This document shows, in pieces, positions 61,833 to 64,000 of a stretch of DNA of 64,000 nucleotides (the first letter of the stretch is position 1; the number at the start of each line of letters is the position of its first letter). The stretch comes from Podarcis liolepis (lineage: Eukaryota), in NCBI GenBank assembly GCA_965112155.1, contig OZ218098.1; one strand, written 5' to 3'. The notes below the pieces were generated by a model that did no database searches, was not told the origin of the DNA, and saw nothing but the letters and a program-made list of their open reading frames with translations. A program made the translations under genes and the position numbers.

Positions 61833-62141
61833 TATTAAATCTGGAAAAGCCAGAGACTAGAGAAATGGTAGTGTGGGTGGTTGACCCCTTTGTTGCCTGC
61901 TGCTTCCTCAGTGGTGGAGAGAAGTGATCCTTCCCTTTTGGCTGCAGCCACTTGTGGCACTGAATGCTGCTCTGAAAGGTCCCTGAATGTTCAGTAGCAC
62001 AAGGGGCCACAGTAGGAAGGGGCCTATTATTACTCACTGGTGGAGCTCAGTGGGCCTGAGGGAACAACAGACTGGTCCTGTATAAGGAGTTTCCATCTAT
62101 TCAGGGGATGGGTGGGCAGGCAGGGGAGACCTGAAAGGTTA

Positions 62142-62348
<207 letters not shown>

Positions 62349-62906
62349 CTAGTTGTTCATTCCCTTTTGCACTTCAAAACCATGACTTGACTTTTGTGGG
62401 CCCTTCAGGATTAATGATTCAGGTCACAAGTAGTTCTCTGTCTTTGAGGTGACCCATCTGCAAAAAGCCAGAAATGGAGGGGGCAGGGGGGGTGGACTCT
62501 GTCCTACAATGGGCAAGTTCCCAGCTGGTGGAAAAACATCTGACAACAAGACCATATAATATAATAGACCATTATTATTATTTTTAAAAAAACTTATTTA
62601 AGAGATGCAATTAACTTTCACAGCAAATACAGTGAGGAATGTTCCTTGTTTTCTCTTCCTGGTACCCTCTGAAGAAGTCAGAGAGAGGCAGGTGGTGGCA
62701 GAAGGAGAAAGAGGTTGGGGAGAGAACCTTGGGGTGTGGGTTGGACAGGCAGGCTGCTGATCCAACCAGCCCTTTCAAAGGCATCCCTTGGGCTTTAAAA
62801 ATCAGGTCTGCAAGTGCTGGATATTTTTGTTCCAGGAAAAAGGCTCCCCAGTCCTGGAGCAGACCGTTCTCACTGGCCTTATTTTGTAAAAATGAAGGTA
62901 TACTCA

Positions 62907-63089
<183 letters not shown>

Positions 63090-63733
63090 TTAATAGTTTT
63101 AGAGTTGCAAAGCACATGGCACAATGCTGCCCTTTCCTTTGCTTCTGTGGCCTCTGCCTTGGCTGGTCAGATCTTAGCCTTCCTCTCAAAGGAGACTGGA
63201 GAATCAGAAATGTGTTGGCAGGACCTTCTTAGGGTGGGGTGCTATCTGCCTGGTGGTCCCACACTAAAAACCCTCCCTGCTTCTCAGTCCTCAGATCTAC
63301 ACTTGATCTTAGCCAAAAGGCCTATTGCTGCTGAACTGCTCATCCACACTTCTCCCAAGCCAGAGTTTATGCAAAGGCAACTAGTTAAATACTGTTTCCG
63401 CAGCAACAGCCCAGCACTTCCAAATAGCACTGGCCTCGTTGTGAATTCATAGGATCAATTTCAAAATGCATAGCAAGCATCTTCTCCAAAGACCATTGGT
63501 CTACCTAACTCAATAGAGGCCTCATTCACACATCACTTGAAACCTCATTTAAGCTTCAGTGTGGATTAAAGATGAATGAACAGCATGCTAGTATGCAAGG
63601 TGAAATCTCAGTGCTTTTACTCCTCCCCTGTTCCTGCTATTGTCAGAAGCTAAGCCTAGGCTTAGCCTGATGTCTGAGCCTGGGCTTGTGGTTTGTTTCC
63701 CCAAAATCAGTGGCAATGCGAAGGCATTTCTTA

Positions 63734-63928
<195 letters not shown>

Positions 63929-64000
63929 CTACTGCAATGCACTCTATGTGGGGCTACCTTTGAAGGTGACCTGGAAACTACAACTAATCCAGAATGCGGC

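Overview
Vertebrate genomic DNA, almost certainly from a squamate and probably a lacertid lizard, judged from Sauria-type SINEs, BovB, CR1/L2 and the DNA-MITE families present. Two convergent genes are present. On the + strand are six coding exons (equivalent to human exons 2-7, 43248-51318) of inositol-trisphosphate 3-kinase A (ITPKA); no conventional exon 1 is seen, so 1-43247 is read as a very large, TE-rich first intron. On the - strand are the last four coding exons (63836-60570) of an ALK/LTK-family receptor kinase, called LTK from ITPKA-LTK tail-to-tail synteny. All ten exons have canonical AG acceptors, the eight internal exons have GT donors, and phases match. The 9.25 kb between the two stop codons is TE-poor and looks like long 3' UTRs. 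The intron holds many young non-autonomous DNA transposons (Tc1/mariner-pogo type with TA TSDs; hAT type with 8-bp TSDs), nested insertions, and a 151-N gap. Most interesting observations: (1) a 1026-bp hAT element with perfect TIRs and TSD, an internal second right end and about 850 bp of CpG-island-like cargo (candidate Pack-TIR); (2) a candidate 6-nt in-frame neural microexon or alternative first exon of ITPKA at 13670-13675; (3) MITE families with shared ends but exchanged GC-rich hairpin cores; (4) a Penelope-like fold-back centred on a putative hammerhead stem; (5) a long ALK-like LTK tail ending in a PDZ-type motif. Repeat family names and comparisons to human proteins come from recognition and memory, not database searches.
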